Shown one piece after another: positions 1-11,765 of a stretch of 64,000 nt of DNA. This DNA comes from Felis catus (taxonomy: Eukaryota), in contig NC_058368.1 in the NCBI RefSeq assembly GCF_018350175.1, positions 114,640,001-114,704,000 of the forward strand. Direction: 5' to 3'. Positions within the stretch are counted from its first letter, which is position 1. Each line of letters starts with the position of its first letter. Made by a program: the position numbers and the translations under genes. Below the pieces are notes generated by a model. That model ran no database searches. It was given only the letters and a program-made list of their open reading frames with translations, and had not been told where the DNA came from.

Positions 1-47
1 AGCCTGCTTCAGATTCTGTGTCTCCCTCTCTCTCTCTGCCCCTCCCC

Positions 48-78
<31 letters not shown>

Positions 79-135
79 AAAAATAATAAATAAATGTTAA
101 AATGTTTAAAATAAATAAATAAATACAAATAAAGA
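1..135 (+). mobile_element. Can-SINE, 3' part (cut by window edge)
   Basis: AGCCTGCTTCAGATTCTGTGTCTCCC, (CT)n, AATAAA-rich tail. Confidence 0.9.
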
Positions 136-199
136 ATCCCTAGGGGTGAAAGCTTTGTCCAGTTCATTCTGGAACCCCAGAGAATATGTTGTTCTTGGT

Positions 200-420
200 A
201 TGACTTTGGTTTCAGCCAGAGGTTCTGAAGCCAGACTATCTGGATTGGAATCCTGGCTCCCCCATTGCTCAGCTTTCTGAACTTAATCAAGTCACCTGCC
301 CTCTCTGAGCCCCCTTCCTCATCAATGACATGGGGGTGAGAATAGTACTTACTTCATGAGGTATTGTGAATACAAATGTCTGTCAAATGTTTAGCACAGA
401 GCCTGTCACATTGTAAATGT
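200..420 (+). mobile_element. MIR-type ancient SINE
   Basis: GAATCCTGGCTC...CAAGTCAC...CTCTCTGAGCC...ATGGGG..AATAGTAC..ACTTCAT core. Confidence 0.65.
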
Positions 421-1337
421 GTCTTATGGGTGAGGTGGGGGTAGAGAATGCATCTAGATGTTAAGAAGAATAAAAAAAAACAAGCACCCACAGCTCATGG
501 CTGCATCCTGGTATTTTGGGGTAGGGGGTGAGGCCAGTGCCACTGTGACACAACCCCAGGGGCTGCCTGTCCCCTACTTCCCTCCCCCTCCCACCAGGTC
601 TACAGAGTCCAAGCTCACCCACCATGAAGCTGAGCACCCCGGCGCTGGGCTGGGCGGCGGTGAGGGGCCAGAAATAACCGCCGTTGCTATTCCTGCTTTT
701 CTAGGCTGGATGGGAACGCTGCCTCTCTCATCTAAAGGCTGCTCCAGACTTCCTGCACATCAGTGGGCTCTTATGTAACGCTCCCCTCCCTCTGCCTGCC
801 CAACACGCTTCCAGAGATTTCTGCAGCCAGCTTTGCTGCACACTCAGCTGAGGGGTGGGGAGAGCAAAGAATCCACCACAGGCCAAATTGTCCTGTAAGT
901 CCAGGGTCTTGACAGCCCCAGGCCTGGGAGAGGATCCACACAGCACAGGGCAGAGAGACTGATGTCCAAGGACAGCAGCCTCTTTCTGCATCTGCAGGTT
1001 ACTCTGAGGCAGAAAGGACCAGGAGAGCCCTGAGTGTTCACCCTCTCCCTCTGCCCAAAACAGATGCTCTGTGCCAAAATATTATGCTTTAGTGTCTCCA
1101 CTTTAGACCTAACCTGTGTCTGGCACACAACCCATCAGCCAGACTCTGAGGATGGCAACACAGACCCCAACTCTCTCAGGCAGATCCCCTAATCTTGGCC
1201 AAATCCTCCATGTCCCTTTCCCGAAGCTCCTAGAACCCACCCCGAGCATGCCAGGTACCCTCTTCAGAGCCAGGGGCCCCTGTGCCTCAGGCCTCAGCAT
1301 CACTCTCCATGAGCCCTTCTTAGAACTTGCCCTCTCT

Positions 1338-1527
1338 GGGTACCTGTCAGTTAAACATCTGGCCCTTGGTTTTAGCTCAGGTCGTGATCGCAACATTCTC
1401 GGGATTGAGCCCTGACAGCATGGAGTCTGCTTGGGATCTCTCTCCCCATCTCTTTCTGCCCCTCCCATGCTCTCTCTCTCTTAAAATAAATAAACATTAA
1501 AAAAAAAACATTAAAAAAAAAAAAAAG
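1338..1527 (+). mobile_element. Can-SINE (degenerate)
   Basis: GCTCAGGTCGTGATC, CTGCTTGGGAT, (CT)n and poly(A) tail. Confidence 0.85.
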
Positions 1528-2899
1528 AACATGCCCTTCTCCACCTGGCTTAGGAGTCAGGGTTTTCCTCTGGCACCTGGTTTCCCCACCTGTAACTGGA
1601 GCAAAATACAATGGCTTCACACTCCAACACCTCGAGGGGATTTTCTCTTTCATCTCCCCTGGTCATTCTTCATGTCTCCATTTTTCCTCTTCTGTCAGTG
1701 CACTTTCTGTCCCCTCATTCGACCCCCCACCAGATCTGGACTCTCCAGAGGTTTCTCCTCACCTCTCACAACCCTTCCTTCACAGGGTGGGAGTAGAGCT
1801 GTACCCAGACCTATTGAAGGCCAGGCCCTCCATATTTCCGGCAGAACCCATCAGCCATCGGAAAGTGTGACAGGCACCCCAGACGGAACTGAAGGGAGAG
1901 TCACTTCCTGAGCCCCAGGCTGGCCACAGCAGTGGCAAACCACGATCTGAGCAGCACATGTGGGTGCTGACGTAGTCGGGGTTGAGGAGGAGGAAGTGGC
2001 AGTGGAAAATGGGGCTTGTTTTCCTCTGACAGATGCTGGGTGCTCAGCAATGGGTCAAGTTTCTGAGACATAATGATTCCCACTGGCTTTTGCTTGGAGC
2101 CCCAGGTGCCCTGGGCAAGCTTAGTTCTGCTCTCACCTCTGTTCCCTACTCCTCTCCTGCTTGCAAGGAAAGTCGGAGTGTAGACGGCAGCTGGAGTGGA
2201 CGGCACCCCTTCCAAGAGCTTCTCACCTTTCCCAGGGCTTCTGGCACCAGTCACCCAGGATGCAAGGTGTGAGAGTCCCACACTCATCCCTAATGCTCCT
2301 GGAAACCCTGTAGATCCCAGGTCAGGGTGCAGGAGTGACTCTGAGTCTTGTTTACCCCCAGTTTCATTTCCATTAGACCCCAGGCTGGTTGTCAGGTTTG
2401 TTGGGCACAAGTTAGGTAGGTGCTCAAAAGCCCACCTGAGATTTGGCTCCTTGGGAGGGGTCAGTTCTTTTCACTCTGTCTCCTCCTCGCCTTCCAGTCC
2501 TCCCCCAGCCCCCACCCATGAGAGCAACCAGGGTTGTGCCATTGCCCAGAAGACAGACCAGAGGAGAATGGGGATAACCTAGATGCTTCCAGCTGTATTG
2601 CTGAGAAGGCAGGCCCAGAGCATAACTCTATCCAGGGAGAAGACTCTCAGGCCCTCCTTCTCACTGGTTTCCCAGTCAGAGAGAGGGCTAAGGTCTGTGC
2701 AGTGTGTAGGGGCTTTGAGCCCACTCCTCCCAGTGCTCTTCAGGGGCGTATACCATGAAGGCAGAGCAGGGTGGAAAATGATACCTCCTCCTCTGTATGA
2801 GCTATAGAGGGCAGAATAAGGGAGAAGAGGGTGGAGGGGTACAGTTGAGTCCTAAACATTCTCACTGCCCATACCTTAGCTTGAGGCCCTAGACTGATC

Positions 2900-3230
2900 G
2901 CAGCCTTTCCCTCCTGAGGCCTTTGCACAGCTGTCCCCTTTGCCTGGAATGCCCTCCCCACCACACTCCTCTATGCACAGTTGGTTTCCTCTCATCCTTT
3001 ATGTCTCTGCATAAATGTCACCTCCTCTGAGATGCTTCCCTCACCTCTCTAGTATGTTTTACTTACCATAATCTGAAATCATCCTTTTTATTTACATAGT
3101 TGTTTACTTGTGTCACTGAATAGCAGTTTCCAAGAGGGCATAACTCCATCTGCTTTCTTCATTGCAGAATCCCCAAGACTTAGAATTGTTTCTGATACAA
3201 GCAAGGGCCAATAAACCTTTTAAAAAATAA
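2900..3230 (+). mobile_element. L2 3' fragment
   Basis: GCCTTTGCACAGCTGTCCCCTTTGCCTGGAATGCCCTCCC and AAATGTCACCTCCTCTGAG are typical L2 3'-region motifs. Confidence 0.6.
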
Positions 3231-3324
3231 ATCAATGTGTTTTTTTAAATGAATGTTTTACTCAGCCTTACCTCCTGCTATCTCCCAATCGAAACCCTCT
3301 CTACTCTAGCGCTTTAAAAAAATA

Positions 3325-3555
3325 TATTTATTTATTAATTAAAGTTTATTTATTTATTTTTAGAGAGACAGAGACAGGGTGAGTGGGGGAGGGGCCGAGA
3401 GAGAGGGAGAGAGAGAATCCCAAGCAGGCTCCATGCTGCCAGCACAGAGCCCAATGTGGGGCTCAAACTCGTGAAACTGTGAGATCATGACCTGAGCCAA
3501 AACCAAGAGTCAGATGCTTTACCGATTGAGCCACCCAGGTGCCCCTGAATGTTTA

Positions 3556-3603
<48 letters not shown>

Positions 3604-3774
3604 TGAGAGAGGGTGGGGGGGGGGAAGTGAGCCAGAGAGGGGCAGAGAGAGAGGGAGACAGAGGATCTGAAGCTGACAGCAGAGAGCACAATACAGGGCT
3701 CAAACTCACCAACCATGTGATCGTGACCTGAGCCAAAGTCAGACACTTAACCAACTGAACCACCCAGGTGCCCC
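3325..3774 (-). mobile_element. Two tandem Can-SINEs (about 3325-3546 and 3548-3774), the second carrying a (TG)n microsatellite at 3558-3604
   Basis: Both end in CCACCCAGGTGCCCC (reverse SINE head) and contain the GATC(A/G)TGACCTGAGCC core. Confidence 0.92.
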
Positions 3775-4139
3775 TTAGCTCATTTTTTCCAGGCAGATCA
3801 CACAAGGACTGTTCTGGCCACCCTCCCCCCAACCCTGGCCTGAAAGTGCTTCACTTCCTCACCACGTTTGGTTCTTCTCATGTTCGCTCTCCTCTAAAAT
3901 CTTTTTATCATCTTTGTCCCCTTCCCTGGAATCTCTCCCTCCTCTTATCTTCTGTGTTCTTCAGCACAACTGACATTTGGAGACTAACAGGGCTTCTTCC
4001 TATTCTTAATTCTCTTGCAACATGGAATCCAGTCTTCTTTTACCTAACTGTAAGCTTCTTAGAGGCCGGGGTGTATGCCATAGGCCTTCCCAATCCTTGC
4101 CCACAGAAAGTCCTCAGAAAAGTTCTTTTTGTTGTGGAA

Positions 4140-4680
4140 AATGGGTGTATTAATCAGAAACTGCTGGATTGTGAGTAACAGAAACTGAAAGGAGCCTATT
4201 TTATTAAATCAAAAAGAAATGCATTGGCCTGCATAACTAAAAACCTCAGGCTGTATCCAAAGACTTACTCTCTGTATGTAGAAGCCTTCTATGTTTTCCT
4301 CTGCATTAGCTTCATTTTCAGGTAGGCTTTCCAGTCCTCGTGGCAAGATGGCCTCCAGGCTTACATTCCATTGGCTTAGTACCATCAGAGAGAGAATTGT
4401 CCTTTTTCAAGAGTTCCAGAAAAAATCCCAGAAGTGCTTTTCATTAGTCTTGTTTGGGTCGATGGGCACATGACCAATTGCTCTGGCTAGGGACATGGAA
4501 TGGTCCTAGGATGGAGCATTCTAGATGGATGGCCAGGTGTGGGTGACATACCCACTCCTAGGTCTAGAGCAGCGTTGTCTTCCTCCAACCACATGGACTG
4601 GAGTGGTTCCCCAAAAGAAACCGTTGTCTGGGGAGCAATTATGAAAAGAGAGGGGAATTGATGTTGCATATGCAAAACAA
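4140..4680. mobile_element. Probable old MaLR (MLT1-like) LTR
   Basis: TGAGTAACAGAAAC...GGCAAGATGGCCTCCAGGCTTACAT...CACATGACCA...CCACATGGACTG pattern; family by eye only. Confidence 0.5.
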
Positions 4681-5569
4681 AAGATATAGACTATAAGGAT
4701 TTCCATTGCCCAGCTTCAGTGAGGATCTGAAGATAACTTAGGTCAACTTCCACATGAGAATCATAGGGGAATTGGTTTGTTCTGGCTGTGTTCTTGGGAT
4801 CTGGGCAGCTCCCCAGGGACAGAAGGAGGATCCTAACTAAGATGAGGAATCCACTCAGTTCAGTTCTGGCACTCACAAGGTCAGAAAAATTGTGATTCAG
4901 TAGGTCTAAGGTAAAATTTCTTCTTCTTTTTTTCCCAGAGCTCCAGAAGTGATTCTGTCACACACACAAGGTTGTAAAATTCTGTTCTAGGAAGTGATGT
5001 TTTACTTCAGCAAGAAAGATTCAGATTAGCTCTTCAGGACAATGTCCCCTGTGTTAGAATTGGAATGTTTCTCCCTTTCTGCACAGTTTTTCAGAAAAGG
5101 ATCACTGGAGTTTGCTTGGAGGCTGAAGACGGGTGGGTGAATTGTGGGTGACCCCGTGGGTCAAAAGCCCCTGAAAATAACAATAGTCACTGTTTATTGA
5201 ATGGTAATTCCAAGGCAGGAACTGTGCTTTGGGACTTCAGTGATGTCAGTCCATGTAAGCTTCAATTTTTCACAACAATTCTTCCATGTGGGTATCATTA
5301 ACATTAGCTCTATTTTACAGTTGAAGAAAGTGAGATACAAAAAGCCTGGCCAAGATACCCAACCTGGGAGTGGCATTCAGACACAAGGCCATCTGACCCT
5401 GACTGGCAGGAAGCCTCAGAGAAGGTACATCACTCATGGCCCTAATGGGCAACACGGTTAGGCATTAGGAGTGGGCCTCTCACCACGCCCTAGCCATTTG
5501 GGTTGGGGAGCTCAGACTTAGAGCACACAGGTTCATTGCTAGATTCCTTAAATAGATTTTTATAAGAAA

Positions 5570-5625
5570 ATGTGTGTGTGTGTGCCTGTGTGTGTGTGTG
5601 TGTTGGCATGCGTGTGTGCGTGTGT
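5570..5625. repeat. Imperfect (TG)n microsatellite
   Basis: Seen directly. Confidence 0.9.
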
Positions 5626-6212
5626 AGAGGATAGAGAAGGATGAAGCCCAAAAGTTAGTGCCCCTCCCATTTAAACCCCAGGACTCTGACCTGTTTGGGT
5701 TCACAGGGACCCCAGACCTACCCCCGTCCGTCCCTGTGTCCTCAGCACCCTCCTTCCACACAAATTTTGTGCTTTCTTTTTAAATTCAGAAAAACAGCAC
5801 CTCCCTGGATTGAGAGCTAGAGCAGGAGCCTTCCCCTCTCGGAATCCCTGTTTTCTTGGGGTGCGCATTTAAATGCGGGGGTAGGGATGGGACCGAAAGG
5901 GCTTCCCCATTCGCGTCCTGCTCCTGGAAGACCTGCGGGAATCGTTCCCGCCTACCCACCCCCGCCCTCCCGCCCTTAGGCTGGCTCCGGGAGGGAAGTG
6001 TTATCCCGCCTGGAGTCTGGGCGCCTCGGCGGTGGCGGCTCCCCAGGGACTGCAGGGAGAACCCAGGCTGCGGCGCCTGCTCAGTTCGCGCTCACTGCGT
6101 CTAAGGCTCCCCCGGCCTGGCTACGCGCCCAGCACAGGAGCAGGGAGGGGGAACCCGAAGCCGGCGGAAGAGCCCACTCGGCCCGGGGCCCGGGGAACTG
6201 AGCTGGAGAGGG

Positions 6213-6230
6213 GACCTCCAGGGGGCAGCA
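6213..6230 (+). promoter_or_regulatory. CTCF motif (forward orientation)
   Basis: GACCTCCAGGGGGCAGCA resembles CCACCAGGGGGCRC. Confidence 0.5.
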
Positions 6231-6657
6231 CCAGGCCGCTAAGCAGGTCCTCTCGGTGCCAGCCTAGGGGTCCCCAGACAGCCCATAGGGAAGCCCCCTT
6301 TTCAGATTGCCGCACTGCCCGCCCATCTCCATTTGTTCTGGATAAAGGTGGGGAAGTCTCCCACCACCACAAGGACCACCAGTTCCTGGTTGAGAAGCAG
6401 GTGGCCCACCGCAACCCAAAGAGACCTAGGGAACCACTTAGCGAGTATTTCCTAGCCTCAGTTTCCCCCATGACATCTGGAATGGCTTCGTGCCATTGGT
6501 CAAGGCCGGGGGGGTCAATGCCCCGCCTCTCCTGGGCGGCCTCTGCCCCGGCCAGCCCAGCCGCTCCTCCCCTTAGCTCCCGCCCCGCTCCCACGGTCCC
6601 AGAGGTGGGCGGGAGGGCCCTGGATGACGGTGGCAGAACCCCGGGCCGACTCGCCCT

Positions 6658-6666
6658 CGCCCCCGC
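6658..6666 (-). promoter_or_regulatory. EGR1: EGR binding site (autoregulatory EBS)
   Basis: CGCCCCCGC = reverse complement of GCGGGGGCG, the EGR consensus, about 620 bp upstream of the inferred TSS. Confidence 0.75.
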
Positions 6667-6834
6667 CCCGGGCCCGGGCTTCCCCAGCCCAGTCCCCGCT
6701 GGGGAGTCGCCTGAGCCGCGATGCGCCAAGCGCTACGCGCCCGGAGCCCTCCACCAGGGCGTCCCCAGCTCTTGCGCTCATTCTGGCTCCCGGGGAGGGG
6801 GAGGGGGGGCAACCAGGGAGCAGCGAGCAACGAC

Positions 6835-6937
6835 CCGGAAACGCCATATAAGGAGCAGGAAGGATCCCCCGCCGGAACAACCCTTATTTGGGCAGCGCCT
6901 TATTTGGAACGGCCAGATATGGCCCGGCCGCTTCCGG
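6835..6937 (+). promoter_or_regulatory. EGR1: Distal serum-response-element cluster (SRF CArG boxes with flanking Ets/TCF sites)
   Basis: CCATATAAGG 6844-6853, CCTTATTTGG 6882-6891 and 6898-6907, near-CArG CCAGATATGG 6913-6922; GGAA/TTCC Ets cores at 6837, 6858, 6874, 6932. Confidence 0.93.
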
Positions 6938-7130
6938 CTCCGGGAGGAGGGAAGAAGGCGGAGGGAAGAGGCGGGGGCAAGGCTGGGAACTCCGAGGCAG
7001 CCTGAGTCCGGGAGTCCCCAGCTGAGGCTTGAGTCCTAAGCTTTCTCGAAGCCTAGACGCCCAGGGTCCAGGAGTCCGCGCAGGGGCCGGGGTGAGGGAT
7101 GGCGGTGCCCACAGCTCTAGGATAGGGGGC

Positions 7131-7210
7131 TTCACGTCACTCTGGGTCCTCCCGGCCGGTCTTGCCATATTAGGGCTTCCTGCTTCCCTTATATGGCCAT
7201 GTACGTCACG
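7131..7210 (+). promoter_or_regulatory. EGR1: Proximal SREs and CRE-like sites of EGR1
   Basis: CCATATTAGG 7165-7174 and CCTTATATGG 7187-7196 with two CTTCC Ets cores between; TCACGTCA 7132-7139 and TACGTCA 7202-7208. Confidence 0.92.
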
Positions 7211-7242
7211 ACGGAGGCGGGCCCGTGGCGTTCCAGACCCTT

Positions 7243-7285
7243 CAAATAGAAGCGGATCTGGGGAGTCGCGAGAGATCCCAGCGCG
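7243..7285 (+). promoter_or_regulatory. EGR1: Non-canonical TATA-like element (AAATAGA) and inferred TSS at about 7275-7285
   Basis: Only AT-rich patch in a GC-rich context, about 30-40 nt before GCGCAGAACTTGGGGAGCC, which I recognise as the EGR1 mRNA 5' end. Confidence 0.7.
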
Positions 7286-7556
7286 CAGAACTTGGGGAGC
7301 CGCCGCCGCCGCCTGCTGCCATCGCCGCCAGCTTCCGCCGCCGCAGGACCGGCCCCTGCCCCAGCCTCGGTAGCAGCGCCGCGTCCACACCCGCTGGCTG
7401 CGAGGGCGAGCCTAGAGGCCCCACCTGCTCCCGCCACAGTGTGCCCTGCGTCCCGCATGTGACCCGGCCAGGCCCCCGAGAGTGTGTCCCCCGCAGCCAC
7501 GGCTCCGGGCTGCGCCCACCCGCCCCAACACCAGCTCTCCAGCCTGCCCGTCCGGG

Positions 7557-7857
7557 ATGGCCGCAGCCAAGGCCGAGATGCAGCTGATGTCTCCGCTGCA
7601 GATCTCCGACCCGTTCGGCTCCTTTCCTCACTCGCCCACCATGGACAACTACCCTAAGCTGGAGGAGATGATGCTGCTGAGCAACGGGGCTCCCCAGTTT
7701 CTCGGTGCTGCCGGGGCCTCAGAGGGCAGCGGCGGTAACAGCAGCAGCAGCAGCGGGGGCGGTGGAGGTGGAGGGGGCGGCAGCAGCGCCAGCAGCAACA
7801 GCGCCTTCAACCCTCAGGGGGAGGCAGGCGAGCAGCCCTACGAGCACCTGACCGCAG
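7557..7857 (+). CDS. EGR1: Early growth response protein 1, coding exon 1 (MAAAKAEMQLMSPLQISDPFGSFPHSPTMDNYPKLEE...PYEHLTA)
   Basis: ATG at 7557 in gggATGg context; translation matches the EGR1 N-terminus including Ser/Gly tracts; donor GCAG|GTAAGC at 7857/7858 (phase 1). Confidence 0.98.
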
Positions 7858-8531
7858 GTAAGCGGTGGCCGACGCCGAGGATTAGCCCCTTCGCCACCAT
7901 CCTGGCATCCAATCCTTCCCCACAGCCTTGCAGCGCCCCCTTCACCGCAGCAGTGCTCCTGGACCTCAGGGATGCAAGTGGGGTTTCCCTTCCCTTCCTC
8001 GCATCCTTAGGGTCATGTGCTAGAGGGATACCTGGGGACACCCACCTCACCCTCACCCTCCTTGTCCCTAGCTGTACGCAGAAGAGCGAGCTTCTGTTTT
8101 GGATGGGGAGCTCGGGCTGCGTGGGTGGGTGGAGGGGGGAGGGCTTGTTTTGAAGAGCAGGGCTGCGCCCCCCTTTCTCCAGACATCCTTGCGTTGCTTG
8201 CCGCCTGTGCCCAAGGAATGGCCGTGATCCGTGCCCAGGGATGTCCTGGCAGCCCGGGGTAGGGGGCGCGCACTAGCCGCGGCGGAGGGGTTGCTGGCGG
8301 GAATCCCTCCGTGGCGCAGCCGCCGCTGCGGAGCGCGGTGAGCTGCAGTGGAGGGGGATTCTCCGTATTTGCGTCAGCTGTTGTTGAAATGGGCTCTGCC
8401 GCTGGAGCGGGTCCAGGAACATTGCAATCTGCTGCTATCAATTATTAACCAGCTCAGGAGTCAATGGTAGCCAGCCCGACCTCTTGCCTGGCAGCTCGTG
8501 TCCTCGTCCTCCAGTGATTGCTCTCCAGTAA

Positions 8532-9893
<1,362 letters not shown>

Positions 9894-11135
9894 AGGGAAA
9901 GGGGGAAAAAAGGAAAAGGGAGAAAAAGAAACACAAGAGACTTAGGACAGCAGGAGGAGATGGCCACAGGAGGGGGTTCCTCTTAGGTGAGATGGAGGTT
10001 CTCAGAGCCAAACCCTCCCCCTCTACTCTACCCTAGGGTCGGCGTGGAAGGTCTATTGGCCTGCAATCCTCTCTGCCCACTTGCCCTTCCTCCCCCATCC
10101 CTACTCCCTTTGACTTCAGCTGCCTGAAACAGCCATGTCCAAGTTCTTCACCTCTTTCCAAAGAACTTGATTTGCATGGATTTTGGATATATCATTTCAG
10201 TATCATCTCCATCGTATGCCTGACCCCCTGGTCCCTTCAATGCTAGAAAATCAAGTTGGCAAAATGCGGTTTGGGCCGTAAGAGCCCAGCCCTGCACCCT
10301 TGTACAGTGTCTGTGCCATGGATTTTGTTTTTCTTGGGGTACTCTTGATGTGAAGATAATTTGCATATTCTATTGTATTATTTGGAGTTAGGGCCTCACT
10401 TTGGAAAAAAAAAAAAAAAGAAAAGCCAAGCAAACCAACGGTGATCCTTTATTTTGTGATGATGCTGTGACGATTAAGTTTGAAGCTTTTTTTGAAACAG
10501 CAGTCCTTGATATTAATCAGAGCATGTGTCAGAGTGATGTTCCGTTAACCTTTTTGTAAATATTGCCCGACTGTACTCTCACATGTGACAAAATACGGTT
10601 TGGTTTTTCTTCTTTTTTTGGAAAGTGTTTTTTTTTTTTCGTCCTTTTGGTTTAAGGAGTTTCACGTCTTGGTGCCTTTTGTGTGCTGCGCCTTGCTGAC
10701 AGCTTGACTCATGCCGTAGTGAGGGACGTGCTCACCTCTAGCCTTAAGGGGGGCAGGGAGTGATGATTCGGGGGAGGCTTTGGGAGCAAAATAAGGAAGA
10801 GGGCTGAGCTGAGCCTCAGTTCTCCAGAATGTAAGAAAACAAAATCTAAAACAAAATCTGAACTCTCAAAAGTCTATTTTTTTAACTGAAAATGTAAATT
10901 TATAAATATATTCAGGAGTTGGAATGTTGTAGTTACCTACTGAGTAGGCGGCGATTTTTGTATGTTATGAACATGCAGTTCATTATTTTGTGGTTTTATT
11001 TTACTTTGTACTTGTGTTTGCTTAAACAAAGTGACTGTTTGGCTTATAAACACATTGAATGCGCTTTATTGCCCATGGGATATGTGGTGTATATCCTTCA
11101 GAAAAATTAAAAGGAAAATAAAATAGTTGTGGTTG
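9894..11135 (+). other. EGR1: EGR1 3'UTR
   Basis: Follows TAA; AU/U-rich; repeat-free; ends after the poly(A) hexamers; end approximate. Confidence 0.85.
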
Positions 11136-11150
11136 GGTGCGTGTTTCCTG
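11106..11150 (+). terminator. EGR1: EGR1 polyadenylation signal
   Basis: ATTAAA 11106-11111 and AATAAA 11117-11122, followed by GU-rich GTTGTGGTTGGGTGCGTGTTT. Confidence 0.85.
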
Positions 11151-11234
11151 GGGTGGGAGAGGGGGCGGCCCTTTTGTAGCCATCTTTATCGAGGGCTTTG
11201 AAGGGCTTTTACAGAGACAGGGAGATTCCTTTCT

Positions 11235-11765
11235 TGTTTTTTAAGATTTTATTTTTAAGTAATCTCTACACCCAACATGGGGCTTGAACTCACAACACTG
11301 AGATCAAGAGTCACATGCTCTGCAGACTGAGCCAGCCAGGCTCCCTGGAGACAGGGAAATTCCAGTCAAAGTCGTGCCCGCTGTGTGTCACTGGAGTGAA
11401 TTCTTTGAGAACTGTGTGTGGGTCTCTTGATACTGGGCCTCTTCCTTAGTCTAGCAGACTGGAACCTTAACTTGGTTAATTAAAGCTGAAGAAGGCTACA
11501 GGTAGAAATGGAACATGAAGGGCACCTGGGTGGCTCATTCGGTTGAGCGTCCAACCAGACTTTGGCTCAGGTCATGATCTGTTGGTTCTTGAGTTCAAGC
11601 CCTGCGTCGGGCTCTGTGCTGACAGCTCAGAGCCTGGAGCTTGGCAGATTCTGTGTCTCCCTCTCTCTCTGCCCGTCCACTGCTCATGCTTTGTCTTTCT
11701 CTGTCTCTCTCTCTTAAAAATAAATAAACATTAAAGAAAAAAACAAAAAACAAAAAAATAAAAAG
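11235..11765. mobile_element. Short Can-SINE (-, about 11235-11347) and full Can-SINE (+, 11519-11765) just downstream of EGR1
   Basis: SINE heads and tails; near-TSD AA(A/G)TGGAACATGA flanks the second. Confidence 0.9.

Larger units (their letters stand above)
5850..8500. promoter_or_regulatory. EGR1: CpG island over the EGR1 promoter, exon 1 and intron
   Basis: Very high GC and CpG density by inspection; no SINE insertions; boundaries approximate. Confidence 0.9.

Noticed and set aside
1..5800. Exons of an upstream neighbouring gene
   Set aside because: No translation with recognisable protein similarity; the region is mostly repeats and unique non-coding DNA
5856..7631. Long overlapping ORFs across the EGR1 promoter (335 aa at 6032-7039, 202 aa, 168 aa and others)
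   Set aside because: Pro/Arg/Gly/Ala-rich translations expected from stop-poor CpG-island DNA; they run through CArG boxes and resemble no known protein
7858..8153. Continuation of the 7482-8153 ORF beyond EGR1 exon 1
   Set aside because: Runs into the intron past a consensus donor; not EGR1 protein sequence
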